This document shows positions 23,593-36,105 of a stretch of DNA of 64,000 nt, piece by piece. The stretch lies in NCBI GenBank assembly GCA_010015585.1, contig ML975150.1. One strand, given 5' to 3'. The translations under genes and the position numbers were made by a program. This DNA comes from Eremomyces bilateralis CBS 781.70 (lineage: Eukaryota). The notes beneath the pieces were generated by a model. That model was not told where the DNA came from, did not search any database, and was given only the letters and a program-made list of their open reading frames with translations. Position 1 is the first letter of the stretch. Each line of letters starts with the position of its first letter.

Positions 23593-24835
23593 CTATTTCA
23601 ATTGATCCATTTCGCCCATCCTTCCGATTCTGAAAGCATCCCATCGCCCTCGTCTTCCTCCCGATTTATCCCCAATCACTTCTACCACAAGATGATAACT
23701 GCCTGAACTTCCTATGTACCCGGTCCCGTGAAACCCGGAATGGGCATGGTCGTCCGCTGCCCGGTCTCCTCGTGTCGATGCCGCTGCGTGCATGAATATA
23801 TGAAGGGATGCGAACCGCTGCAATGCTCTTCCCAGCGCTGGTTGTGCTTGCGCGGCACGGGTTGAGAAGACTGACGATGTAGGTCTTATGTTGTCCAGGG
23901 AGAAAGAGGCTTGCTGTGCAGAATCATCTGAAAAGATCGCGGTCGGTAAGGTTGAATATGTGCTAAATCCGGGGCGTCGAGGCGGCAGCGCAGTATTTAT
24001 GACCACTACTGTGACGGAATGACTTCGACATAGAGCATTTAGGCTTCGAAGGAACGAGGAGAGCACGGCATTCCCTTCTAAACGTCAAGTTTGGATTTCA
24101 TCGTCTTCTTGAGAACCGACCTGATGTATAACCCGTCTTTATGAGTGGCGTGAAACAATTGGAAAGGTTGTCGATGACAACAAAATCAACCTTGCCTTCG
24201 ACCTTGTCAGCCGGCCCCCGAGTGTTGTCCTTGGGGTCAGGCATATCGTGAGTCGCCTTCACCTCGTCCAACGCTTCCTGGATGCCGATATGATCGAACA
24301 CTCGGATAATGCGAATCCGTGCTAGTAGTCCAGTCAAGCAGCTTGCCGCATCCGCTTTCGATTGGCCAGACTGGCGGCCATCTATGGTAGCCGCAAGGAC
24401 TTGTCTAAGCCAGAATAGATCGAGAACACCAGTCGTATCAACGATCGCCGCAGAAGAACCGAGACTTTCTAGGAGATGCTCGGCAAGGAGCCGAAACGAC
24501 AACTGGAGATCGACCTGTCAAATCTAGATTTGCTAGGAATTGACTCGAGAAGGCTGACTTAAAGTAAAAGGGGACTCGTTAGGTTATAAAACCCGAACGG
24601 AACTTACATAGGTCTTTCCGGTACTTGCCTCTCCACTAATCGCGGTTATCCCAGGAGCAATTTGCAAACCCTCATGGTCATCGAGGAGGAACGTCAACGA
24701 ATTGGTGTTGTTGGTTTCATCATTCGCACCTCGGGTTTGGGGCACTTCTGCGTCTTTTGGCTGCTGATTGTTTTGCCTTCGTGATCTTTCTAAGAGCAGT
24801 AGCTGGTCCGCAAGATAAGGCGTGGCTGCTGCCAT
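23593..24835 (-). CDS. Divergent RecA/Rad51-paralog ATPase-fold protein, 3 exons
   Basis: GITAISGEASTGKT Walker A, AIVDTTG, RIRIIRVFD, FVVIDNL Walker B, TVVVINT, PALGRA. Confidence 0.75.
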
Positions 24836-25890
24836 TATTTTAAACCGACTGCTATCGTGAGTTCAGCTCCTGGCATTCCCAGGTTCGTGGATGAGAGAAG
24901 GTGGGTTGGCAACTTCGACCATTTTCAATACATTAAAAACACCAGGTGATTCTATCTGCTCTTTGTGCTGTTACTATCAGGATCGGTTTGGGGATAGAAC
25001 CAGAAATAAAGGTGAATAGAACATGAATGTATAGACGTGTAGTTGAGGTTGACCGCTACGTGGGGCGGGGATTTACGGCGTCTCCTCTTCACTTCAGCCC
25101 TCTCCGTTTGTTCCTCCACACACTCCCATTGACGCATTGCATTAAACACTCATGGGGTATATACGTTTTTGGAGTTACAAAGACAGAAATGGCATTAAAG
25201 AGCAGGAATTACAGGCTTGGAATTTAATAACAACTGCAGGTGTCTGAGACTCCGAGTCCCGCCATCAGTGCCCCTGACAGGATTTGGAATTCAGTCATCA
25301 ACACTCGACGGACGCTTGCTTAGGCAACGTCGGGTTCCTCAACAGGAAGAAAGAGACGGTATTCTAGGTCCAGATGTCTCTCCAGATGCGGAGGAACTTG
25401 AACGGGAAGCCATTCAGTCGTTGGTCGCCGAAAGGGTGCGCACACATTCGGACGGGAGTGTCGGGTTCGGAGTAGGTATGCACGAACACTGATCTAGAAC
25501 CAGCCGATATGGGAGAATTGGAGTAGTCCAGCCATCTGGTATTGGAAGTGTTGGAAGGGTATTCCCTCTCTTCTGCCCCTGATGAGCCTATCAGGTAGGG
25601 ACCGGCTAATCTCAACTGCATGTTGAATATGCTGTCCTACGATACGGTACTACCTTGAGCTCTTCTATCGTCTTTTTTATCACCATTCCAATCATGGTTA
25701 TAGAGCAGCACGATCCCTTATATATGGTATCAATCTGCTACTTCGATTTCAATTTTCGGCTCTCTACCTTCGCCTCGCATTCGCGTCGTCCTACTCGAAA
25801 ACACTGATCTTCTCACCTCAATACATCCTTTATCCACTCGATAGGAGCAAAGCCCCTGAAGGAACGGGTATTTTTTGTTTATCTCTTACA

Positions 25891-26376
25891 ATGAAGCTAC
25901 TCGCCCCTCTCCTCACCTCCATGGCCACCCTGACCAGACTTGTGGCATCAGTAGCGATCGACTCCAGCACCAATGCCCTCCAAGAGATCGCTCCTACTAA
26001 TTTCTACCCTCGTCCAGGAGCTATCTACAATGTCACTGACAACTCACTGATTTCTCTCGACCCCACAACATCGATATTCACAAGTTTGGTATCCAAAGCC
26101 GATGATGTCTGTACTCTCCAATCCTATAGGTGCAAGAAGCAGAACAAGACCTGGGTCTGGTGGTGTCGCTGGGAAGACGATCGGGAGAACGTTTTCTGTC
26201 GGGTTTGCGGGGCTGATGGGACGGATCCGATGGGAGAGATGCACTGCATAGAAGATCGAGTGAGGACTCCACAGTGCGTGGACTTCGTCTATTGTGAAGA
26301 CTGGTATACTTGTGTAAGTCGGCTACGCTGGTTTCACGGTATTTGATCTGACTACGTAATGTAGATCGGCTGTTAG
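25891..26376 (+). CDS. Small secreted cysteine-rich protein (144 aa, 10 Cys), 2 exons
   Basis: Signal-peptide-like N-terminus, TATA-like site near 25718; intron 26314-26364 (GTAAGT..CTGAC..TAG) gives C-terminus WYTCIGC*. Confidence 0.7.
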
Positions 26377-26844
26377 AGCTAGAAGCGAGGTGGGTCTCGC
26401 GGCATCATCCACCCGGTTGAGAGGTTTTGGCCTGGGGTTGAAAAAAACAATGAGGCGAGGATCATGGAATGACAGACTGGGGCGACGATGGAGGTGTGTT
26501 CCAGACTACGATTTTTGGAACCCAAATGTCAAAGCATATAAAAAGCAAACATTGTATCGACTTGTGTAATTGAAGACATCTTTCATTGAACTTGGTTATT
26601 CTACATGTCTGGTATCTCGCCTTAGATACCCAATTCTATCGTCTCTATGAAGCCAGCTTGCATCATGATCATATCGAGTCGACTTCGTAAACCTCTGGGG
26701 GATATTTTATGCCCTGAAACAATCGCGTGCTCCACGAGCGTATCGACGAGCTGCATTTGGGCTTGAAGTCCCATGTATCAAGCGCCAATGGCTAGAAATT
26801 CTCCTTCATTGAAAGAACGGGATCCGTTTGCATGGAGTATGCCT

Positions 26845-29027
26845 TCAATCCTTTGAGCTGTCCTTGCTCTTCTCGCTCCCCAGCTTCCCACTCTTCCCAC
26901 TCTTCATACTCCCCCCCTCTCTCCCCCCATTCCTCTTCCCATCCAACGCCCCCCACCCCTCCGCCCTCATCCTCTTCAACGTCTCCTTCCCCTCTTCCGA
27001 CCGCCCCAACACCGTCACCATCCTCGTATTCTCCCTCTGCAACTCTTCCACCTGCGCCTTCAAGATCTCGTTCTCCCGCTTCACCAGCTCGCACAACCGC
27101 TTCCACTGGTCCCGATCCCGCCGTATCCGCTTCCCCTCCCCCTTTTCCGCCTCCTTCTTCCGCCGCTCCTCCCGCTTCGTCCGCTCCCGCTCCCGCTTCT
27201 GCTGCAGCTTCGCCAGCTGCTGCTCGTGCTTCGCCGCCTGCTTCGCCACCTCGCGGTCGTGCCGCTCCTGCGCCCGCGCGAGCTCCTTCGCCTCTTTCTC
27301 AGCGGCCTCTTTCGCTTTGCCGGGGTGGTCGGCCGGCGGGTCGCGGAGCTGCGATTCGGAGCTGAGGCGCTTGGCGTCAATTTCTTTGCGCTTCTGCTCC
27401 AGCTTCTCGAGTTCCTTGGCGTGCTTGAGCCGGAGGCGCGCCTCCTCTTTGTCGGCTTCGTCAGTCGGATTGTGAGTCCCCTCGGGAGGGGTGCTCCCCA
27501 GGCTGGAGCGTTGGGAGCCGCCCAGGTCTCCTTCTTCGAGTGCTTGAGCAAGGGATGATTGACGCTGCTCGTTTGCTGTGGTCCATTGTTCGGCGCTGGC
27601 GAAGCTCTCGAGGCTGGTGGAGTCGGTGTCGCTAGAGTCTTCGTCGACGTTGGGGAACAAGAACTTTTGCGCATGTGGCGTCAGTTGCGCTAGACTTCCT
27701 TCGATTTGGCTTGATATGGATGACAGGATTCCTCTTTCATCGCTGGGTGTTTCGTCTGTGTGATCCTCCTTCGCTGGTCTCTCCACCTCCGCATTCTCTT
27801 TCAAAGGCACACCACCATCCACTTCTCGTTCCACAAGAGCTTCCGTCTCCATTTCTTCATCATCCGACACTGGCTCTGGAAGATCCTCCTCCTTCAGCCC
27901 ACATGCCCAGTCCACAAACTTTGTTGCGTCCTGTGTGATGGAGCCAGGGGTCCCTCGTTCCACCATAAATCGCGGGATTCCGCCCCCGGGATCCGACCGT
28001 GTGATCATGATCCACTCCACGGGGTTCCGGTTACTATCATACATTCCCCCAGCCGACGATCGACGCGGTCTACCGTCCTCATCCCTTCGAGCGGATTCCC
28101 CTCGCGACTTGGCGCCTGCGTATGTTGACGCCCGTTGTCTTCCGCGCGCGCTACCCTGCTCTGAGGGATGTTGAAGTTCAGAGTCGGATTGAGATTTGTG
28201 GGCGGTGAGGGGAATCTCGCGGATGATCTCCACGGATTCGTAGTGGCCTCGGATCAACCCTTGTCGGGGCGCCGCTTGCGGATGGTCGACGGGAATGGAC
28301 ACAAGCATGTAAGTCCGACCGGTGGTGTCGATCGGTGGTGTCTGCTCGTCGGAGGAGGTGGTAAGAAGGAGGGTTACAAAGTCGCGAGGAGAGGTTGGTC
28401 CGGGGAACTGCGCTGAAAGAAGACACACTAAGTTCTCCGTCAGTAAAAGGTAAAGACTGCTTCCGTATGTAGAGGCAAACCTTCCATTCTCCCTATGCCC
28501 TTAACCAACTTCCTCTCCAACAACTGATCCGCTCCAATGCCTCTGACAGCCCCGGATCCTGGCCCCCCTTCCACCGCCAAGCTCGTTTTGAATTCCTTCT
28601 TCATCGCCCTCATCCAATGGTCGAAGCTGAGCCCCTCATGTATACTCCTCCGCCCAAACCATGCCCCATGCCGGTCATGTGCCGCCATCTTATATACCGA
28701 TATCCCTAGTACGTTACTCCCCGCCGAGACCTTCAGCGGTTTTCCCCACTTCTCCCACAGCTCCTTGACCTCCGGCGCCGGGGGGGGCGGCCGCACAGAG
28801 GAGACCGTCATCCCTGCCGCGCTCGTCGCTGGATCGGGATCGGCCCGGGAGAGTGTAGAATCCGTCGACGGTTGGCCTCCTGGCGGCGGTGGCACGGAGT
28901 TCCCTATGAGCTCGGCATCCTCAAAAACTTGGCGGAGGTAGGTGGGGAGGTCATCCATGGGGATGTCGGCGAAAGGGACGGGCGAACCGCTGCCGAGGGT
29001 TTCGAGGGCATCGTATAGTCTCGACAT
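26845..29027 (-). CDS. DUF3074 (START-like) domain protein with C-terminal coiled coil, 2 exons
   Basis: KWGKPLK, WFGRRSIHEG, LSAQFPGPTSPRDFV, GHYESVEIIREIP, VEWIMITRSDPGGGIPRFMVERG; E/K/R-rich tail. Confidence 0.85.
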
Positions 29028-29582
29028 GGTTGCGTTGCGTTGGTGGTAATATGGGACGTTTGAAGGAGCATAAAGCCAAACAGACAGCTTTAGGATCGTT
29101 CATACACTCTGGTATACGGCTACTACTACTATATGGGTCCATTAGAAAAGAATTGGGAAATCAGAGTTGTAGACTTGTACCTGTCCAGCATCAATTGTAG
29201 GTCCGTTTGTTTCCTCAGGTTCACTGTTGGCGGTTGTCCAATTCGATATTGTAGAAGAATTCCAATTAGGACAAATTAGAATGACACAGTCCTCCCAAGG
29301 ATAGCAATATGTTCTAGACCTAGAATTGGAATACAGATCTGCAGATTCTAAGCTGGTGATGATGGTGATCACTGGAGGCGGTACGTACGTACTCTCAACT
29401 TTACGCCCCTAATTGTGCATCGACGTCACGCATGGACTTAATCCAAGTCCAGATCCGGTTTGTACCTTATCAACTGGAATCATCTCTTCTATTACCACCT
29501 ATTTCATACCCTAAGCGTTTAGCATTCCTACCGGTACGATCACGAACCACCTGTTACTTCTTGTGATATCAAGACTTGAGCC

Positions 29583-30233
29583 ATGACGGACACTACGTCA
29601 CTTTCCCGGTGGCCCCCGGCCGAAGGTCTCTCCACCCCTATCGTCGCCCGCAAGGATGCCATTTTGACAACCTCTGCATCCATCTCTGTATCAGCTCCAG
29701 CCCAGCGGGTTTTCGACCTGCTCCTCTCGACGACCAGCTATCGAGAATGGAACACCTGGGTCCCTCGAGTGTCCATCCAATCTCAGCCGGAGGGCGTCCC
29801 CCACGACTCAACCGATCTAGCGGTGGATACTAAGTTCACGTTCCATGTCATCATGGATGAAAGGAATCCGGGCAAGGTGTTCGACACGGGGTTGCGCATA
29901 ACGGATATCTCGACCCCGGCGAATCCATCGTCCTATATCCCTCAAGAGGTACTGGACGACGATCCAACGTACACTGCAGATCTCTCCACGATCTACCGCG
30001 TGTCGTGGAAAACAGAGGGGGGTTGGATAAATGCAGGTATGCAGGCTGAGCGGTTTCATGAGATTATTGTGGTAGGCGAGAATGAATGCGAGGTGCGGAC
30101 TTGGGAGGTCATGGGCGGAGTCCTCGCAAGGACGGTTAAGTGGATGATGGCGAAGACGCTAGATGAGAAGTTCGTGTTGTGGGTTACTAGTCTCAAGAAG
30201 GCGGCTGAGGCACCCCAGGGCAGTTCGACCTAG
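29583..30233 (+). CDS. SRPBCC / polyketide-cyclase-like (Bet v1 fold) protein
   Basis: SISVSAPAQRVFDLLL..YREWNTWVP, AERFHEI, RTWEVMGG..LKKAAE pattern; intronless 216 aa. Confidence 0.75.
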   Translation: MTDTTSLSRWPPAEGLSTPIVARKDAILTTSASISVSAPAQRVFDLLLSTTSYREWNTWVPRVSIQSQPEGVPHDSTDLAVDTKFTFHVIMDERNPGKVFDTGLRITDISTPANPSSYIPQEVLDDDPTYTADLSTIYRVSWKTEGGWINAGMQAERFHEIIVVGENECEVRTWEVMGGVLARTVKWMMAKTLDEKFVLWVTSLKKAAEAPQGSST

Positions 30234-30426
30234 ATGTTACAGCAGAACTTGAACAGAATCAAGAATTCATATGCGAACTAGTTGGAACGCCTCTAGAATA
30301 TACATATCCGTGTGTCACCCCGTCTTGCGAGATTCTCGTGTGCCGTTCGCACCCCAGGCTGCGTTCTGATATATGTAACTGCCTCCTCTCCGACCCCAAT
30401 ATCAGCTAGAACAGAATTCCTCGCGC

Positions 30427-30893
30427 TCATGCGATGCCTTGATCCTTGATTCCATGCGGCAACCACTTCGGCCGTTTGATGTTCTTCTCCTCATCCGGCG
30501 CCTCCAACATCCCCAGTCGCCGTATCTGTTTCTCGGTCGGGGCGTCCACTCGCGGATCCTCGAGGATCTTCTTCCGGTAGGCAGCCTGTAATTCAGATAC
30601 CCGTTTCGCCTGATAAATGTCAGAATGGCCTGGATCTGGATTGATGGTCATGGCTCTTGGCGCACCTCCTTCCTGTGATATAGGCACTCGTAGTAGTCCT
30701 CTAATGGCAGTTGGCATTTCGTCAACCCTTTTCGGCTCGGATCGTCGGGATTCGCATTCACAGCATAGCATGCCAGAACTTCTTGCCAGAATGGAAAGCA
30801 TCGTGACGGGCCTATTGGGGGATTAGCTGAGGGTTCGATTGGTGGGCAATTGAAGGTGTACATACCGCCATGGAGGCCGTAACCGGATGCCAT
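30427..30893 (-). CDS. NDUFS5: NADH:ubiquinone oxidoreductase NDUFS5-like subunit, 3 exons
   Basis: MASGYGLHGG|PSRCFPFWQEVLACY..CQLPLEDYYECLYHRKE|AKRV (twin CX9C). Confidence 0.88.
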
Positions 30894-31911
30894 CCTGTGG
30901 AGTTACAACGGGAGGTCCGTGGGAAAACACTCAAGGGATATGACCAACTTGACAGATGGGTTAAAGGCAGGATGTCCTCCGATGTGAAGTAGCAGTGCAG
31001 CGCATATTGAAGCTGCTGTAGTTCCAGGGTGGGTGTGGTTATCTGTGTTGTGATTGGACAATGGCCCAGTCACGTGCATGGCGCTCACCACCACATGCCC
31101 TCTCAATTGCCATTTGCCAAATTGATCTCCTCCTGTCTACACCAGCTAATCCTTAGTATTACTATCTTCGTCTATATCCGTCTATCCAACCTATCAGGCT
31201 TTCAAAATGCATGGGTATTGCTCCTCTGGACATATCTGACCATTTAGGCCGTGGGTGACTTGTTCACGGCACAGTCTTTCGGCGCCTGACTCCCGGGAAC
31301 TGGTCGATGATCGGTCGCCTGGCATTCTACGATGTATCATTTATAAGGTAGAGACGCCGGCTGATCTATCAAGAATTCAAGATGCATGGATAGCTCTTTG
31401 CTGAATCCTCCGAGAACTCTTCGATCTCCCCTGGCATTCTACGTTTTAGGAACTGACACGCCGGCCGATGGATACTGGATATTGACCAGGGGATGACGTT
31501 GCTTACTTCGAACCAGAATTCCTGTGATCGATGTCGAACTCTACAACCTTCGACATGCAACCCCGCTCGAAATATGCTGCAGCTCACTGCAGCATAAGCT
31601 GACCGAAAGAATCAAAGGTACAGACCCCATATCCATTCATCCGGGGGCTTAAGGTTCCAGATTTAGGACACACCCGGAGTTATGAGTAAGATCATCCATT
31701 GCCTCTATATCCGTTGTATCGCTGGCGATCGTGATCGTTGAGCATGCGCGAAGTCAGTCCTTATATACATATATATACCTACTTCACTATTTTCGCTTGA
31801 ATGACGACTCGATTCATGAAGTCTGCCTCGTTGGTTGCATCGTTCCGTAAAGTCTTCCATATCCTTACTAGCAAGCGTTCTATCAGATCCACCTCCCACA
31901 ACTCTAAAACC

Positions 31912-32864
31912 ATGGAAAAGATTACAGAAGTCAAAAATGGCGTGGATGGACCTTTATCCCATGTATTAGGCCAGGACTTCACCCAGCACGTCAAGGACTC
32001 CATTGGCCCAAAAGCTAGCCCTAGGGTTCGAAGCGTCCTCCAAAGCCTCACTCAACACATGCACGATTTCGTCTGAGAGAATGAGCTCACATTTAACGAG
32101 TGGATGTCGGCGATTGAACTGGTACTATCCATTCAAACTACCCCGACGGGCCAGTGCCCAGAACGAAGCTCTGACCGATGATAGATCAATGAAAGCGGCA
32201 AATTCTCGACCCCCGATCGAAATGAAACCCAGTTACTCTGCGATCTGCTGGGTCTCGAGTCGCTCATCGACTCGGTCGAATTCTCGCAGCAACACAGTCG
32301 GAGCAACCCGACGCTGACGGCCATCCTCGGCCCCGTCTATCGGCAGAACCCCCCCGCATACCCCTACGGCGCCTCGATCATCCAGCACTCCCCCGAGACC
32401 TTCCCCGAGACTGCCGCCATGACCGCCCGCATCTTCGGTCGTATCACCGACGCCGACACCGACGCGCCCATCCCTGGCGCCGAGGTCGACTTCTGGCAGT
32501 GCGCGCCGAACGGCCTGTATGACATCCAGGACCCGCAGCAACCATACATGAATCTGCGGGGGGTGTTCACCAGCCGAGACGACGGGTCGTACAGCTTAGT
32601 CGCTCTCGTGCGACCCCGTATCCGATCCCGGAAGACGGACCGGGCGGGAAGTTTCCGGCGTTGATGGATCGGCAGCCGTATCGGCCGGGGCATCTGCATT
32701 TCTGGATCCGGGCGGAGGGGTATAGGAGTTTGATAACGCAGGTGTTCGAAAGGGGGGGTGAGTTTCTGGAGAATGACAGTGTCTTTGCGGTGAAGGGGGG
32801 GCTTTGTGTCCAGTTCGAGAAGGAGGAAAGAGGCGGACGCCTTGGCGGTTGGAGTGGAATATGA
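31912..32864 (+). pseudogene. Intradiol ring-cleavage (catechol/hydroxyquinol 1,2-) dioxygenase pseudogene
   Basis: HDFV*ENELT with TGA at 32074-32076; AILGPVY, DFWQCAPNGLYDIQDP, then a frameshift near 32607 before TPYPIPEDGPGG..YRPGHLHF..LITQVF..DSVFAVK. Confidence 0.88.
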
Positions 32865-32981
32865 AGCTTGGTCGATAGCGCCTAATACAGGTTTCTGTTT
32901 GTAGTTCCGAAGGACAATATGTAACTGGATGTCAGAGCAAACTGAAGGCGGGCGGCTGCCGTTATCCTCGACAGTTGACGT

Positions 32982-34974
32982 TCAATCCCCTATTTCAACG
33001 TTGACAGATCCTGTAGTGGCATGAGCTTTCAAATAACTGCCCTCGCTGTCCTGGCTAATCCCTTTGACGGCCTTGACTTTATGGTGGCCGATGCCGTCCT
33101 CTTGATCAATGATACGAATTCCATCGCCCAGAACCTGAACAGAGCCGAAAGTGGTAGTTGCCTTCAACGTGCCCTCCCAAGAGCTCGGGTAATGTAGTGA
33201 GATCGAACCGGTTAAGGTTTCATGTTTGGACCGGATGTTTCTCCATTTCTCAACGGGAGAATGTTCACCGTTGGATGAGAGAGCGATGGGATTTGCCAGA
33301 TGCGCGTTCTGATGACCAGATTTGGTCCACGTTTTGAGTTCCATGTCTGCTTCGTGCGCTTGGGATGACGGCGGTAACACAGGAAGAAGAGTCGTCGAGA
33401 TCGAGCCGGATTGCGTCGTGAATCGAGCTGTCGATCCGAAGAAGTAGTAGCCGGAAATACTACCAACGTTGGAATGGACATTGACCGCATAATCACGGTT
33501 GGGAATGTGGAGAGCGCTTACAGCACTCATCGAGAGCGATCGTTCGCTCCAGCCAGTCTTTGGGTATTCCACATGAATGCTTCCGGTACGGCTAAATGCT
33601 TTGAAACTTGCCGGGTTTTTATGCTCATCGGCATCCTTGGGTTCGACTTCGATATTGACGCTTCCAGTAGTAGTTTCGATGTCGAGGAGGTCCATCAGTG
33701 TATATTTTCCATTGACGGAACCGGTTCCCACTCGAATCTTCGTCTCCCGGGAGTTGAGGGGCAGAACGCTTTCCAGAGACCCGCTCGTAAGTCCGATCTT
33801 GGCTAATTCGGTGACTTCGATTGCCGAAGACGCGCCTATCAGGAGGTCCAACCGGTGCAAATCAATCGATAGGTTGGCTAGCTGCACGCCTGGCCGAATC
33901 GTGACATACACGTCGATTTCCATGCAAGGTGAGGGCGACGAGGGGTCACGACCATTCGGCTTCAAGACCGGCGGGAGGATCTGCAAATGGGATGCGGTTT
34001 TGATGAAGCGAACGTACGACACGTCGTACTCCGAGCTTGTAGAAATCGAAAGGTTCACAAGTATCGGACTCGCCTGAGAATCTAGCCCGGTTGTCAGATA
34101 CACTCGCCCGTACATGGAGTCGAAGTGCGGATGTTTCGAGGTCGTCACATCTTCGGATAGCGAGAATTTGTCGCCGTCGTCCATCTCGATCAATGCTCCA
34201 CTTGTCGACCGCAATGAACACTCTTTAGGCCAAGTTCCGAGATCGATGTCTTGCCACGGATTCTTCATTAGGGTTAGCATGGGAAATGTAAGAAGGGAAT
34301 TGGCGTCGGCTCACCCGATATCCATCTCCAGATTCCGGGGTTAGAGCATCCAGGATGGAAAGGAAAATGAAGAGCAATGGAACGATCAGAGCGATACGAC
34401 AACAGCAGCCGGCAGGTCTTCGGCGATTCGACCGCCTTATATACCCATTTGGTCTGGCAGGTTCCTCATTGTAGCGCCCAGCGTGGCCGCCAATTATGGC
34501 TGGTTCGAGTGTTGAATACAATTCTGGACTTTGAGGTGTGGGTTCAATGGTCTCGCTATTTGATCCATAGTTTGTGGTTGCGGTACGTGTCCCAGAATAT
34601 GGGCTAGCTGTACTTTCTTCATAGGCAGGTGGAGGGTCTTCGACATCACGATACTGTTCGCCCAGCAGCGGAGTCGCCTCATCCAGATGATTGGACCGAT
34701 CTGACCTTGAACGTCGGTGGTTTGAATTTGGTGAGGGCTGCTCGGGCTCCTTTGGAAGATAATATGCAGCTACGTAGGACGTTGACTGCTGGGGAGCCGC
34801 ATTTGCGTTGGAATCATCTGGAAGTCTAGCAGAGGTTTCGTGGAACACTTGTTGGGGGAGAGTGCTGGGACGAAAGTACCCATCTGTTGGAGAGAGAGCT
34901 GAGCTGGATTCCATAGAGGCAATGCTGTCGGTGTCGCCTCCGGAAAGGGCGTTTTCGTGTTCACGGGATGCCAT
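32982..34974 (-). CDS. Single-pass membrane protein with DUF4097/adhesin-like beta-repeat domain, 2 exons
   Basis: Disordered N-terminus with SPTDGYF and PPPAY, TM segment IALIVPLLFIFLSIL, repeated T(T/S)GS(V/I) beta-solenoid units. Confidence 0.75.
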
Positions 34975-36105
34975 CTTGATATTGGTACTCGAACTGTTGA
35001 ATGAGCAATAAACGGGATACTTCAACAATCACATAAAACTTGCGAACAGCGGAAAGCTATCGTGACTTGTAAGCAATCCTCGGACGCATCAAGGGGTCAG
35101 AAATTTCGCGACGCGCTGATCAAAGTCATCATCGGAGTGCGTATGCTCTCGACACTGGTGTGGTGAGAACCACCAGGTACAAAATATCATTGGATCGAAG
35201 AGGGAGACCAGGAAGGAACCCCGCATGAGGAGCCTGTTGATGTTGCAGAGGACAGGAACACGCTAGTCGATGGTGTATTCGATACGGGTTGACGCGAAAG
35301 CTGCTGATAACTACGGAAAAGGATCGATGAGAGTACGTATGGGATTCCTAGCAGTCTTCGACCTCGGGAGAGAAGAAAATGAGCTCTTGGAAGCGGAGAA
35401 CTATGCACCGAAGCAGGGAACAGTGAAAGTCGATATCAAAAGATATATATTGCTCGATGCGTACCGGTATTGTTGGGGAGTAACTCAGGCCGTCAAGTTC
35501 GGAGTTCAGGGTGTGTGCATTGGGCTTGTCCAGGCATATGGTACCATAAGACGGGACGACGCCTTCAAGGCAGATGCGAAGGAAACCTACGCCACATATC
35601 GATGCGACTGAACTTCCTTGATACTTACTTCAGTTCCGTACACTTACGTGTAGTCACAGCAAAGATACCTTAAGTCTCGGCCACCACACGATGGATGATT
35701 TATGATTTTGGACTCGGTATCACGAGCACAAAATAATCTACTGTAGTCAGCTCAAGGGACGCCACGTGCCGCCGACGTCATCCGAAGGACGGTCAACATA
35801 GCCATGAACGCGTCCCGAGCATGCCGAAGGATTGTGATTACTTACCGGGCTATTTATGAATAATACGGCCCGATGGCTTCAAATCTGAACGCATCTTCGC
35901 GATCTTTGTTTCTTATGTCCACTGTACTTCAAGGTACGTACCGGAACTGGTCAGGTATGACATAGCCTAGTGTATCAAGTTTCGGATAAGGTAACTTAAG
36001 CCTTGAGGTTTCGAAGAGCCTCTTACACGGCATCTAAGCAATATCGCGCGTTTAGCTGGCTGCCAGAGACCCTGAAAATTAGAAGTTCTCTGTTGCGCTT
36101 CTAAA

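Noticed and set aside
25200..25700. Short ORFs upstream of the secreted Cys-rich gene
   Set aside because: No motifs and no convincing splice structure.
32074..32076. In-frame TGA as selenocysteine, read-through or editing site
   Set aside because: The position corresponds to Arg in the family motif and a separate frameshift follows, so pseudogenisation is simpler.
35100..35700. ORF 35270-35611 and intron-like signals on the minus strand
   Set aside because: I could not build a coherent spliced gene or recognise a protein.
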